Of a DNA stretch of 19,891 nt, positions 1-7,887 are shown piece after piece. The translations under genes and the position numbers were made by a program. The notes beneath the pieces are model-generated. The model saw only the letters and a program-made list of their open reading frames with translations. It made no database searches and was not told the DNA's origin. The DNA is from a virus: UHGV virus genome UHGV-0140551. One strand, 5' to 3'. How positions within the stretch are numbered: the first letter of the stretch is position 1; each line of letters starts with the position of its first letter.

Positions 1-136
1 TTGTTTCATAACACGCTTTGGATGTAGCGCGAATACGTTATCAGTTAAGACGCTCCTATTAACACCCCACAGCGAACAAACACTTACCATATAAAACAAC
101 TAGTTAAAGTAATTTTTAATGCAGTGAATTGCAGTG

Positions 137-1186
137 TTATGCAACCTCTGCCGCCACATTGTCGCCAACATACAGCGATAACGGATTGAGGGTTACAGCT
201 TGTTCAAGGTGGTCAGGAGCAAAGTGCGCATACTTCATTGTTTCTCGAATATTGGCATGTCCGAGAATTTTCTGCAGCACCAGTATATTCCCTCCGTTCA
301 TCATAAAATGCGCACCAAAAGTATGACGCAAAACGTGCGTCTTCTGCCCTTCCGTCAATTCAATATTCGTTAGTTTGAGCATCTTTTTAAACTCCTGATA
401 GCAGGGTTTAAACATTCTGCCTTGACGTACGGACAACTCGTCGTACAGCCATTTAGGAATAGGAACTGTGCGATTCTTCTTACCTTTGGTTTTGGTGAAC
501 GTTAGTTTATATGGAGAAAGTTGAGGTCGGGTCAATCTCTCCGCTTCCCCCCATCGAGCGCCGGTTGCAAGGCACACCTTAACAATCATGGTGAGGTCTT
601 CTTTGCCGTATTGCTCGCAGGCTCGAAACAGCTCCGGGAGCTGAGACAAAGTTAGCCAGGACATTTCTTTCTCAGCTTCTTTGAATACTCGGATCCCATC
701 AAGTGGATTGGGTAGGCTCCACTCCCCTAACCGGCGGAGCTCATTAAACACTGCTTCTAGGTATTGTTGTTCGCGATTGACGGTTATAGGTTTGGCGATC
801 CATTTCGAGGGGTCTTTATGATAACCATTGTCTATTTCACCACGTAATCGACGGTCACGATAATGAGCCCAGTCTTTCGCGGTAAGGCGAGATGCAATCG
901 GGTCGCCAAGTCCATTACATACGATTTGAAGCTTTGCAAATCTCGACTTACTGGCGACTAACGCTTGACCGTGCAAATTGTGCCAAAGCTGAATAATCTC
1001 GCTTAAGCGTCGGCGGTCTTCTTTCTTGCCGAGCCACGGCTTATCTTCACTCTCGCTTTTGGTAAATGCTTCAAATGCCTCGGCCTCACCTTTGGTATTG
1101 AACTGCCGACGTATACGCCGCCCTTCTCGACCATTTGGATAGAGTTCACACAACCATTTTCCACTTTTTTGTTTACTTACAGTCAT
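137..1186 (-). CDS. int: Tyrosine-type site-specific integrase (P2 Int-like)
   Basis: 349-aa ORF with the C-terminal catalytic region HVLRHTFGAHFMMNGGNILVLQKILGHANIRETMKYAH typical of phage tyrosine recombinases. It sits at the prophage edge and overlaps the att core. Confidence 0.93.
   Translation of the reverse strand: MTVSKQKSGKWLCELYPNGREGRRIRRQFNTKGEAEAFEAFTKSESEDKPWLGKKEDRRRLSEIIQLWHNLHGQALVASKSRFAKLQIVCNGLGDPIASRLTAKDWAHYRDRRLRGEIDNGYHKDPSKWIAKPITVNREQQYLEAVFNELRRLGEWSLPNPLDGIRVFKEAEKEMSWLTLSQLPELFRACEQYGKEDLTMIVKVCLATGARWGEAERLTRPQLSPYKLTFTKTKGKKNRTVPIPKWLYDELSVRQGRMFKPCYQEFKKMLKLTNIELTEGQKTHVLRHTFGAHFMMNGGNILVLQKILGHANIRETMKYAHFAPDHLEQAVTLNPLSLYVGDNVAAEVA
142..170. repeat. Left attachment-site repeat (attL core), overlapping the 3' end of int
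   Basis: CAACCTCTGCCGCCACATTGTCGCCAACA matches 19829-19857 at 25 of 29 positions, with the first 15 identical. It encodes the last codons of the integrase (…VGDNVAAEVA). Confidence 0.7.
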
Positions 1187-1210
1187 TGCGATACCGAGGC
1201 TAAAAGAAAA

Positions 1211-1549
1211 TTAATTACAAAGGGCTGTAGCGGCATCAATCACCGGTGAAATTGAAATTTTAACGCCGTCATACTCAGGGTCATCCTTCCATACGTCATC
1301 TAAGTTAGACCCCTCCAGCTTTCCTGATTTAACAGCATCTACCGCCATGCCATTCAGAGGATATCTATCATCAGTTTTGATGTCATACACAAAAGCATAA
1401 GCACGGTTAACACATGATACCTTTGCCTTTTCAAAGGTTAGAGGCCACTTGTCACCATATGCAGCGCCGTCTATCTCTTTAAACTTCTCAGCGGCTATGG
1501 CTGAGGAAGAAAGTGCAATGCAGACTATCGCAAATATAAACTTTTTCAT
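1211..1549 (-). CDS. Small secreted protein with an N-terminal signal peptide; cargo gene between repressor and integrase
   Basis: 112-aa ORF beginning MKKFIFAIVCIALSSSAIAA (a typical Sec signal), with a perfect AAGGAG ribosome-binding site. That site overlaps the stop codon of the upstream repressor gene. Confidence 0.75.
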   Translation of the reverse strand: MKKFIFAIVCIALSSSAIAAEKFKEIDGAAYGDKWPLTFEKAKVSCVNRAYAFVYDIKTDDRYPLNGMAVDAVKSGKLEGSNLDDVWKDDPEYDGVKISISPVIDAATALCN

Positions 1550-1558
1550 TACTGCTCC

Positions 1559-2404
1559 TTAAACATGCTTTTCCAAAGTAAAAATAACCGCACCTGATGG
1601 TGTGATATCTGAAATATTACATTCAAACTCAGCAGACTTATTTGATAACCTGACCTTTCCGCCTGGCAACCTGATTACGTCAAAAACATCGAGTGCGCCA
1701 TCAATACCAATAAGCCAGCGACCATTTCCTATCTTCGAGTTAGAACTATCAACAAGCCAAGATGTGCTCACACCATCAATAAACACTAAATCATCAGTAT
1801 TTGATGGAACCATAGATATATCAGGAGTCCAGCGTCCGATATCTTTGAGTTCGCCAGCCTCGAGGCGGCACTTTCTAATCGTTAAAGCATTTGCCGGTTC
1901 ACCATCATTACTGTTACGCATCTGGCCTTTTCCGGTTGATAACCATTCTAACGATACGCCAGTATCAAGGGCGCAAGTGACAACCACGTCACCGGGGAAA
2001 AAATCGCGTCTAACCCAAGTGCTTATAGTGCCGGAAGATATACCTAATAAATCTCCAAGCTCTTTTTGCAGAGTAAAACCATACGCATCGAGAATCCGAC
2101 GCAGAACCGCCCTCCCTCCATTTGCCATGATTTCATCATAGAGTTGCTTACCTTTAAGCTTAGTTTTCACCACTTCAAATCTTGCATTTGCAAGCTCACC
2201 ATTAATTAGCCATCGCAGGTCAGCTCCAGTATCAAGAGCACACTCAACGAAAACGTTGCTAGGGATTACGTTTCTAGCAAGCCAGCTACTCACGTTGTTT
2301 GCATGTATGCCAAGCCTTTCGGCTAGTTCCTTTTGCTGCTTAAAGCCGTATGCAGAAAGGACACGTTCCAATGCGGCAGACGCATTAACATCATTTTTAG
2401 ACAT
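1559..2404 (-). CDS. CI-type immunity repressor (186 CI-like) with two tandem N-terminal HTH repeats
   Basis: Start trimmed to the ATG at 2402-2404 (MSKNDVNASAALERVLSAYGF…); the longer ORF N-terminus is cysteine-rich junk that would overlap the divergent operon. Two homologous about 60-aa HTH segments (LERVLSAYGFKQQKELAERLGI… and LRRILDAYGFTLQKELGDLLGI…) precede a distinct C-terminal domain. Confidence 0.8.
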   Translation of the reverse strand: MSKNDVNASAALERVLSAYGFKQQKELAERLGIHANNVSSWLARNVIPSNVFVECALDTGADLRWLINGELANARFEVVKTKLKGKQLYDEIMANGGRAVLRRILDAYGFTLQKELGDLLGISSGTISTWVRRDFFPGDVVVTCALDTGVSLEWLSTGKGQMRNSNDGEPANALTIRKCRLEAGELKDIGRWTPDISMVPSNTDDLVFIDGVSTSWLVDSSNSKIGNGRWLIGIDGALDVFDVIRLPGGKVRLSNKSAEFECNISDITPSGAVIFTLEKHV

Positions 2405-2425
2405 ATGACACCAACAAGAATTTTG

Positions 2426-2454
2426 TTTACAACCAAAATTTAGCGATCTATATT
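2426..2454 (+). promoter_or_regulatory. Candidate early lytic promoter (pR-like): -35 TTTACA, 17-bp spacer, -10 TATATT
   Basis: Sigma70-like hexamers with ideal spacing, sitting between the repressor start and the first early gene at 2518. Confidence 0.5.
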
Positions 2455-2517
2455 GGTGCTCACCGACCAAGATGCACACCACTGCACTACATTTCAAACA
2501 ACAGGAGATAATGCGAT

Positions 2518-2889
2518 ATGTCAGATGCAAAATCAATCTCGACGCACGACTCGCAAAACTCACAAAATCAAACTGTGCTGCTAGACCCAACACAGTTTGA
2601 TGCCATCGTTACCGCCATGCTGCCAGCTCTACAGACAATGATTCGCTCCGCTATGTCAGACACGATGACTGTGAAAGACTTCGCCGCTACTCGCGGTGTT
2701 AGCGAGCGTCTGGTCTGGCAATGGCTCGATGAGGGAGTCCTTCTCAAAGCTCCGACCAAAGACTTTTCCAACAAAGAGGAAGCTGCTAAACGAAGCCGAA
2801 CCCTCGTAAATGTAAAAGCATGGCGCGATAAGCTGACTCAACAAGCGATTGATTGTCGCTACATCGACCAGCGCACCGCTCTTAACTGA
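2518..2889 (+). CDS. Cox/Apl-like early regulator or excisionase (HTH protein, first gene of the early operon)
   Basis: 123-aa ORF with an AGGAG ribosome-binding site. It sits in the position of 186 apl / P2 cox and has an HTH-like segment (VKDFAATRGVSERLVWQWLDEGVL). Confidence 0.6.
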   Translation: MSDAKSISTHDSQNSQNQTVLLDPTQFDAIVTAMLPALQTMIRSAMSDTMTVKDFAATRGVSERLVWQWLDEGVLLKAPTKDFSNKEEAAKRSRTLVNVKAWRDKLTQQAIDCRYIDQRTALN

Positions 2890-2921
2890 ATTTGATTATG
2901 CAAGTTAGAGGGAATTTAACC

Positions 2922-3431
2922 ATGTTTGATTTTCAGGTTTCCAAACATCCCCACTATGACGAAGCATGCCGCATTTTCGCACAGCGTCACAACATGGCGA
3001 AGCTGGCCGAGCGTGCAGGTATGAACGTTCAAACGTTACGTAACAAGCTCAACCCGGAACAGCCTCACCAGTTCACGCCGCCTGAATTGTGGCTGCTGAC
3101 TGACCTGACCGAAGACTCAACCCTCATTGATGGTTTTTTAGCGCAGATTCACTGCCTACCATGCGTGCCGGTTAATGAGTTGGCTAAAGACAAATTGCAG
3201 TCTTATGTCATGCGCGCGATGCGTGAACTCGGCGAACTGGCGAGCGGCGCGGTATCTGATGAACGTCTGACCACTGCCCGTAAGCACAACATGATTGAAA
3301 GCGTTAACTCCGGCATTCGCATGTTGTCATTGTCGGCTCTGGCGCTGCATGCACGTCTGCAGACTAATCCAGCTATGTCGAGCGTGGTCGATACCATGAG
3401 CGGTATTGGCGCATCGTTTGGTCTGATTTGA
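2922..3431 (+). CDS. cII: Phage regulatory CII family protein (186 CII-like)
   Basis: Lies immediately after the apl-like gene, as 186 cII does. Start set to the ATG at 2922, which has a GAGGG ribosome-binding site, rather than the TTG at 2892. Confidence 0.6.
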   Translation: MFDFQVSKHPHYDEACRIFAQRHNMAKLAERAGMNVQTLRNKLNPEQPHQFTPPELWLLTDLTEDSTLIDGFLAQIHCLPCVPVNELAKDKLQSYVMRAMRELGELASGAVSDERLTTARKHNMIESVNSGIRMLSLSALALHARLQTNPAMSSVVDTMSGIGASFGLI

Positions 3432-3432
3432 G

Positions 3433-3639
3433 GTGCGTATGCTGAAAAGTGAACCGTCATTCGCATCGCTGCTCGTTAAGCAAAGCCCCGGCATGCACTA
3501 CGGCCACGGCTGGATCGCAGGTAAGGACGGCAAGCGCTGGCACCCGAGCCACTCGCAGGCTGATTTACTGGCTGGCCTCTCTACTCAAAAGCGGGGGGAA
3601 TCATGGCTATCGAAGCTGTTTCCGCGACTGTTCCGCTAA
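3433..3639 (+). CDS. Small early protein, positionally equivalent to 186 fil
   Basis: 68-aa ORF directly after the cII stop in the early operon. No motif recognised. Confidence 0.4.
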   Translation: MRMLKSEPSFASLLVKQSPGMHYGHGWIAGKDGKRWHPSHSQADLLAGLSTQKRGESWLSKLFPRLFR

Positions 3640-3941
3640 AAGCGGGTGAACGTCTGGCCGGTCTCAATCATGTTGCCGAATTGCGCGCGAGATATTGGGG
3701 CGATAGCTGGAAAGAGGTTGAACGTTTTGTCGATGATATGCGCGATAAACGTGACCCACAATTTGAAGAAAATAATCGGGCGCTGGCCGCTATTTTCTTT
3801 CTGGCAAAAATACCGGCGGCTCGTCATGAACTCGAATTAAGTGAGCTGACTACTGACGAGAAAAAGGCGCTTATTACAGCGATGAATCATTTTCGTGCAG
3901 TAGTGAGCTTATTTCCCAAACGGCTAACCATGCCGAATTAA
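3603..3941 (+). CDS. Early hypothetical protein, positionally equivalent to 186 dhr
   Basis: 112-aa ORF whose ATG is preceded by GGGGGGA. It overlaps the previous ORF by 37 nt in another frame. Confidence 0.5.
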   Translation: MAIEAVSATVPLKAGERLAGLNHVAELRARYWGDSWKEVERFVDDMRDKRDPQFEENNRALAAIFFLAKIPAARHELELSELTTDEKKALITAMNHFRAVVSLFPKRLTMPN

Positions 3942-4008
3942 TCCAAACAGAAATTTAATGGCGTAAACCCGCCGGGCATCTTATTGCCCGAAAGCAGGAG
4001 AGTTAATT

Positions 4009-4236
4009 ATGCGTAATACCGAAATCCGTAGTTTTAACACTGATAGCGATGCGCTGGCCGTATTGCTGACCGATGCAAAAAAAGAAGAGCGTAAAGACCG
4101 CGCGCTCGCTGTTTCCATCCGCCTTGAGGCGCTGGCTATTCATATTACCAGAGAGGGTATGAGCGGCACCGAAGCTGCCGAACTGCTGCGCCGTGAAGCA
4201 ACCCGCTTTGAGAATGAATCACAGGAGCTGCACTAA
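4009..4236 (+). CDS. Small acidic early protein (possibly DUF2732-like, as in P2-like phages)
   Basis: 75-aa ORF with an AGGAGA ribosome-binding site, placed before the TraR-like gene as in P2/186 early operons. Confidence 0.5.
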   Translation: MRNTEIRSFNTDSDALAVLLTDAKKEERKDRALAVSIRLEALAIHITREGMSGTEAAELLRREATRFENESQELH

Positions 4237-4457
4237 TGGCCGACGCAATGGATTTAGCACAACTGCGCGAGCAGGAAGACCGCGAACGCCACATCAGCAA
4301 CGCACGCACCCGTATCGCTGCACCTTCCCGTTTTCTTTGCGAGGAATGTGACACACCAATCCCGGAAGCTCGCCGCATTGCGATTCCGGGCGTGGCTTTT
4401 TGCATAACCTGCCAGCAAATAGCAGAGCTAAAAAACAAACACTATCGGGGGGTATAA
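4236..4457 (+). CDS. TraR/DksA-family C4 zinc-finger protein
   Basis: 73-aa ORF with CEEC…(17 residues)…CITC spacing, characteristic of TraR/DksA zinc fingers. The ATG overlaps the stop of the upstream gene. Confidence 0.75.
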   Translation: MADAMDLAQLREQEDRERHISNARTRIAAPSRFLCEECDTPIPEARRIAIPGVAFCITCQQIAELKNKHYRGV

Positions 4458-4458
4458 A

Positions 4459-6681
4459 TTGGCTGTTCAATTCGCTTATCCGTGGAACGTCCCACGGTCG
4501 GCAATCTCCAGCCCATACCTTACTTATGAGCAACAGCATCGCCGCGACCGTATGTTCGCGGCTTTGCTGCATGCAAAAAAGGTGCTTTCTCTCCAGCCCG
4601 ACTGCGTGCGGTTAGATGTTTATCGCACTGCTGCGGTGCTGGAGCAAAATCAGGGTAGTCAACGAGCCAATGCATTTTTAATCAGCTTCTGCAAAAAGGC
4701 ATTGCCGCGTCTTGAACTGGTCGCAAAAAAATACGAATGCGCTGGTATCAACAGCAAGGTATCAACCGCTGTTTTTGGAAGTCATTTTGATACTCAGCAA
4801 ATGCAATATCTGTCGTCACGCATGGTTAATATGGTCGCCCAATATAACCGTCTCCCGGACATGTCGCGCGCTGATGTTGACCTGTTGGCCGCTGATATTG
4901 CTAATTTCATTCGTGGTGAACTTGCCAACATTAATGACCACGGATTCGGCGAGCTTAAAACGCTGTACACCTGGTATATTCGTGCTGGCTTTATTTCCCT
5001 CCAATTCAACGTTATCCCACCACATTGGGAGCGGGTTGAAAAAAAATATGTCGGTGCGGATGAAATCGCACCGGCTATCGCCAAAATGTTTAACGATGGG
5101 TGGTGGCGCGGTCGTTTGCGCCGTGTTGCAGCTACGTGGCGCGAACACCTGCAAATTGCAGTCGGCAACGTCAGTAAGAAAAAAAACACTTACGCGAGTA
5201 AAAACTGCGTGACTGACTGGCGTGAACAAAAGCGCCGCACTCGTGAATTTCTCAAAGGTCTGGATCTCGAAGACGAAGACGGCAACCGTATCAGCCTAAT
5301 TGAAAAATATGATGGCTCAGTTGCTAACCCTGCGATTCGCCGCTGTGAGCTCATGACCCGCATTCGTGGGTTTGAAAACATCTGTAATGAGCTCGGTTAT
5401 GTCGGTGAGTTTTACACTCTAACCGCGCCGTCAAAATATCACGCCACGACTAAAGCCGGTTACCGTAACAGCAAATGGAGCGGTGCCAGCCCGGCTGACA
5501 CGCAAAACTATCTAACCGGTATCTGGGCGCGTATCCGTGCCAAACTACATCGGGAAGATGTCCGTATTTTCGGTATTCGTGTCGCCGAGCCCCATCACGA
5601 CGGCACTCCACACTGGCACATGCTGATGTTCATGCTGCCGGAAGATGTTGAATATGTTCGCTCCATCGTCCGTAAATACGCATGGAAAGAAGACCGCCAC
5701 GAACTGAAAAGCGATAAATCCAAAAAAGCACGTTTCCACGCCGAGTCCATTGACCCGGAGAAAGGCAGCGCAACCGGCTATGTTGCTAAATACATTTCAA
5801 AAAATATCGACGGTTATGCTCTCGATGGTGAAACCGATGATGAAAGCGGTGAGCTGCTGAAAGAGACAGCCCCCGCCGTTTCAGCATGGGCTGCGCGCTG
5901 GCACATCCGTCAGTTTCAGTTTATTGGTGGTGCGCCGGTGACGGTTTACCGTGAGTTGCGTCGCCTCGCTGATACCGAAACCGCGCACGGTCTGAGCGTT
6001 GAGTTTGCCGCCGTCCATGATGCCGCCGACGCTGGTGACTGGGCTGGTTATGTTAATGCTCAGGGTGGGCCGTTTGTCCGTCGCGATGATTTACAGGTGC
6101 GCACACTGTATGAACCGCGCACCGAGCTTAATCAGTACGGTGAGGAAACGGTATGTATTAAGGGGGTCTACGATTCCTCCATAGGTGCAGGAAGCCCGAT
6201 TTTAACCCGGCTCACTCAGTGGAAGATTGTTCCGAAGCGTGCTGTTGATTTGGCCGTTGACCTTCAGGACGGCAAAGCCGTCCCTCGGAGTTCTGTCAAT
6301 AACTGTACGGGAAGCGAAAGCGATCCACCGATACTGGATTTAACAAAACCACTGAGTCGGCGTGAAAGACGAGAATTGACCAACCGACTCAGGAAGCAAA
6401 AGCCAGCAGCACGGCGAAAATTCATCCACGGAACGGATGAGCAAAACGCAGCTATAGCTAAAACTATCGATGAGATACATCTGACAACCGGCATTAATAT
6501 CAGCCGGGGCGAAGCCCTGCACCTGATGGCCGGTGGTAAAAGTTGTTTTGATGGTAAATGGCTACGCGGAACGGCCAAAGGAGAAATATTTTCCGCAGCA
6601 CCATCGCATGAGGCTAAAGCTCGGAAAATCCTTAATCGTGTTGCGGCGATGGCTGAAGCATCAAAACCAATACATGGGTAA
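4459..6681 (+). CDS. Replication initiation endonuclease (P2 gpA-like rolling-circle initiator)
   Basis: 740-aa ORF with an HUH-type metal-binding motif (TPHWHMLMF) and a tyrosine-rich catalytic segment (GYVAKYISKNIDGY). The start is a TTG at 4459 with a GGGGGG ribosome-binding site; the alternative ATG at 4552 is not excluded. Confidence 0.85.
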   Translation: MAVQFAYPWNVPRSAISSPYLTYEQQHRRDRMFAALLHAKKVLSLQPDCVRLDVYRTAAVLEQNQGSQRANAFLISFCKKALPRLELVAKKYECAGINSKVSTAVFGSHFDTQQMQYLSSRMVNMVAQYNRLPDMSRADVDLLAADIANFIRGELANINDHGFGELKTLYTWYIRAGFISLQFNVIPPHWERVEKKYVGADEIAPAIAKMFNDGWWRGRLRRVAATWREHLQIAVGNVSKKKNTYASKNCVTDWREQKRRTREFLKGLDLEDEDGNRISLIEKYDGSVANPAIRRCELMTRIRGFENICNELGYVGEFYTLTAPSKYHATTKAGYRNSKWSGASPADTQNYLTGIWARIRAKLHREDVRIFGIRVAEPHHDGTPHWHMLMFMLPEDVEYVRSIVRKYAWKEDRHELKSDKSKKARFHAESIDPEKGSATGYVAKYISKNIDGYALDGETDDESGELLKETAPAVSAWAARWHIRQFQFIGGAPVTVYRELRRLADTETAHGLSVEFAAVHDAADAGDWAGYVNAQGGPFVRRDDLQVRTLYEPRTELNQYGEETVCIKGVYDSSIGAGSPILTRLTQWKIVPKRAVDLAVDLQDGKAVPRSSVNNCTGSESDPPILDLTKPLSRRERRELTNRLRKQKPAARRKFIHGTDEQNAAIAKTIDEIHLTTGINISRGEALHLMAGGKSCFDGKWLRGTAKGEIFSAAPSHEAKARKILNRVAAMAEASKPIHG

Positions 6682-6755
6682 TTCATATCCATATCATGCA
6701 CATACAGCAATCGCTCTATTCGTTTTTTTTCTTCCCATCTTTTGCCAATACGTGC

Positions 6756-6775
6756 TACTGTATAAATATACAGTA
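6756..6775. promoter_or_regulatory. LexA operator (SOS box) TACTGTATAAATATACAGTA
   Basis: CTGT-N8-ACAG with 19 of 20 matches to the consensus TACTGTATATATATACAGTA. It lies 20 bp upstream of the ORF at 6795 and overlaps an AT-rich -10-like region. Confidence 0.85.
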
Positions 6776-6794
6776 ACCCTGTGGGAGGGATTTC

Positions 6795-6977
6795 ATGGTT
6801 GGCGAACATTTCAGCCGAACGCAGCAAAAGTGGGCTTGTGTGCAATTTATTGCCGAGGTATCTCTGATTGCAAACTGCAAGCCATCAGACTTAAAGCTCG
6901 CGCTCACTCTCATTGCAGACCTAGCAAACAGCGAAAATAACGAAACCGAAGATGATAATTTTTATAAGGCTGATTAG
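6795..6977 (+). CDS. LexA-regulated small protein, candidate Tum-like antirepressor (N-terminal part)
   Basis: 60-aa ORF with a GGGAGGG ribosome-binding site 6 nt upstream, directly downstream of the LexA box and immediately before the DinI-like gene. 186 tum has the same arrangement. Confidence 0.5.
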   Translation: MVGEHFSRTQQKWACVQFIAEVSLIANCKPSDLKLALTLIADLANSENNETEDDNFYKAD

Positions 6978-6980
6978 ATT

Positions 6981-7214
6981 ATGAGAATCAATATCACGTT
7001 GGATAAAGAGCAAAAAATTAGTCAGGCAACATTGGATGCACTTGAGGCTGAACTGTACCGCAATCTTCAACCTATTTACCCAAAGACTGCTATCCGAATT
7101 CGCAAGGGCTCCGCTAATGGCGTTGAACTAAGCGGTTTGAAACTGGACGAAGATAAAAAACGAGTAATGGAAATCATGCAGCAGGTATGGGAGGACGATA
7201 GCTGGCTGCATTAA
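6981..7214 (+). CDS. DinI-family protein (Tum C-terminal / Orf97-like)
   Basis: 77-aa ORF with clear similarity to DinI (MRI…ALE.EL.RR…MEI.Q.VWEDD…W), in a LexA-controlled operon. Confidence 0.8.
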   Translation: MRINITLDKEQKISQATLDALEAELYRNLQPIYPKTAIRIRKGSANGVELSGLKLDEDKKRVMEIMQQVWEDDSWLH

Positions 7215-7220
7215 CAAACG

Positions 7221-7255
7221 CCGCCGGTGCTGAAACTTGCTTTCAGTGCTGGCGG
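7221..7255 (+). terminator. Stable hairpin immediately after the DinI-like stop codon (15-bp stem with G-U pairs, 5-nt loop); no clear U-tract
   Basis: CCGCCGGTGCTGAAA-cttgc-TTTCAGTGCTGGCGG. Could be a weak terminator, an RNA stability element or a processing site. Confidence 0.35.
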
Positions 7256-7347
7256 GGTTGAACAACGAGCTACGCGAGGCGTTAGCCGGTCATAGCGTCG
7301 CAAATACTTCAACCGTCTGCTGGTTAAATAATTCGAGGTTTTTGTAC

Positions 7348-7542
7348 ATGCAAAATCCCCTTTCATCGAAAAATGACCCGTTTGCCGATTGGGCAAAGAA
7401 TCTGACTTTAATGGCTTTAAATAACGACCTGAGCTCTCGCGAGGTGGAAAGCTACACCGCAAAAATGGTCGAGCAGGCCGGTAAAGATGAGCTATCAGTC
7501 GTTATCAAACACCTGTTAAATCACATCAGAATGCGCAAATAA
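7348..7542 (+). CDS. Small hypothetical protein (64 aa)
   Basis: Start trimmed to the ATG at 7348, which has a GAGG ribosome-binding site 8 nt upstream (MQNPLSSKNDPFADWAKN…). No recognisable motif. Confidence 0.45.
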   Translation: MQNPLSSKNDPFADWAKNLTLMALNNDLSSREVESYTAKMVEQAGKDELSVVIKHLLNHIRMRK

Positions 7543-7558
7543 GAGGAACTATATAAAT

Positions 7559-7660
7559 ATGTTATCTATCGTTTATGAAAATCCGTGGACGACGATTTTT
7601 CTGATGATTGTTGCCAGCATGTGCCTCAACAGTGTTATTGGCGCATTGCGCGGCCATTAA
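7559..7660 (+). CDS. Small hydrophobic, probably membrane-spanning peptide (33 aa), not in the supplied ORF track
   Basis: ATG at 7559 to TAA at 7658-7660, translating to MLSIVYENPWTTIFLMIVASMCLNSVIGALRGH. It starts 17 nt after the preceding ORF and is followed by a rho-independent terminator. Below the length cut-off of the ORF track. Confidence 0.35.
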   Translation: MLSIVYENPWTTIFLMIVASMCLNSVIGALRGH

Positions 7661-7682
7661 TCGCGACAAAACCAGACTAAAA

Positions 7683-7708
7683 CCGGCACCCTGAATGCCG
7701 GTTTTTTT
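7683..7708 (+). terminator. Rho-independent terminator ending the early/SOS operon (bidirectional architecture)
   Basis: CCGGCA-ccctgaa-TGCCGG followed by TTTTTTT, and preceded by an A-run. Confidence 0.8.
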
Positions 7709-7868
7709 ATGCCATTTTTCCGCGAATTTCCCGTTTTTTAGTCGTGCATGCATTAGGTGCATGGTTTTGCATGCGTCAGTCTTGCCCGTTCTGTCCGTGC
7801 GCCGCCAGAGCTAGCGCGGATCCAGAGTTGTCATGCAACTGCATTAAAACCGCCCCATAAAGCGGGCA

Positions 7869-7887
7869 GGCGTGGCGGGGAAAGCAT
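7869..7887. other. cos cohesive-end site (186-type)
   Basis: GGCGTGGCGGGGAAAGCAT matches, from memory, the 19-nt cohesive end of coliphage 186 and 17 of 19 positions of P2 cos (GGCGAGGCGGGGAAAGCAC). It lies between the replication gene and the portal remnant, as expected. Confidence 0.7.

Noticed and set aside
142-170. tRNA or tmRNA gene at the attachment site
   Set aside because: The flanking sequence shows no cloverleaf-compatible structure, and the att core encodes the integrase C-terminus rather than a tRNA 3' end.
1602-2141. 179-aa plus-strand ORF inside the repressor gene
   Set aside because: Antisense to a well-supported CDS; Ser/Pro-rich translation with no start context. Likely a frame artefact.
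2405-2593. Extended N-terminus of the repressor ORF, as given in the ORF track (344 aa)
   Set aside because: The extra 63 residues are cysteine-rich and low-complexity and would overlap the divergent early gene and promoter region. The internal ATG at 2402-2404 gives a protein starting directly at the HTH domain.
6533-6940. 135-aa plus-strand ORF spanning the 3' end of the replication gene and the LexA box
   Set aside because: It overlaps the replication endonuclease in another frame and runs through the operator and promoter; the downstream 60-aa ORF with a strong ribosome-binding site is a better model.
7562-7762. 66-aa minus-strand ORF
   Set aside because: It covers the terminator hairpin and is antisense to the better-supported small plus-strand ORF; no ribosome-binding site.
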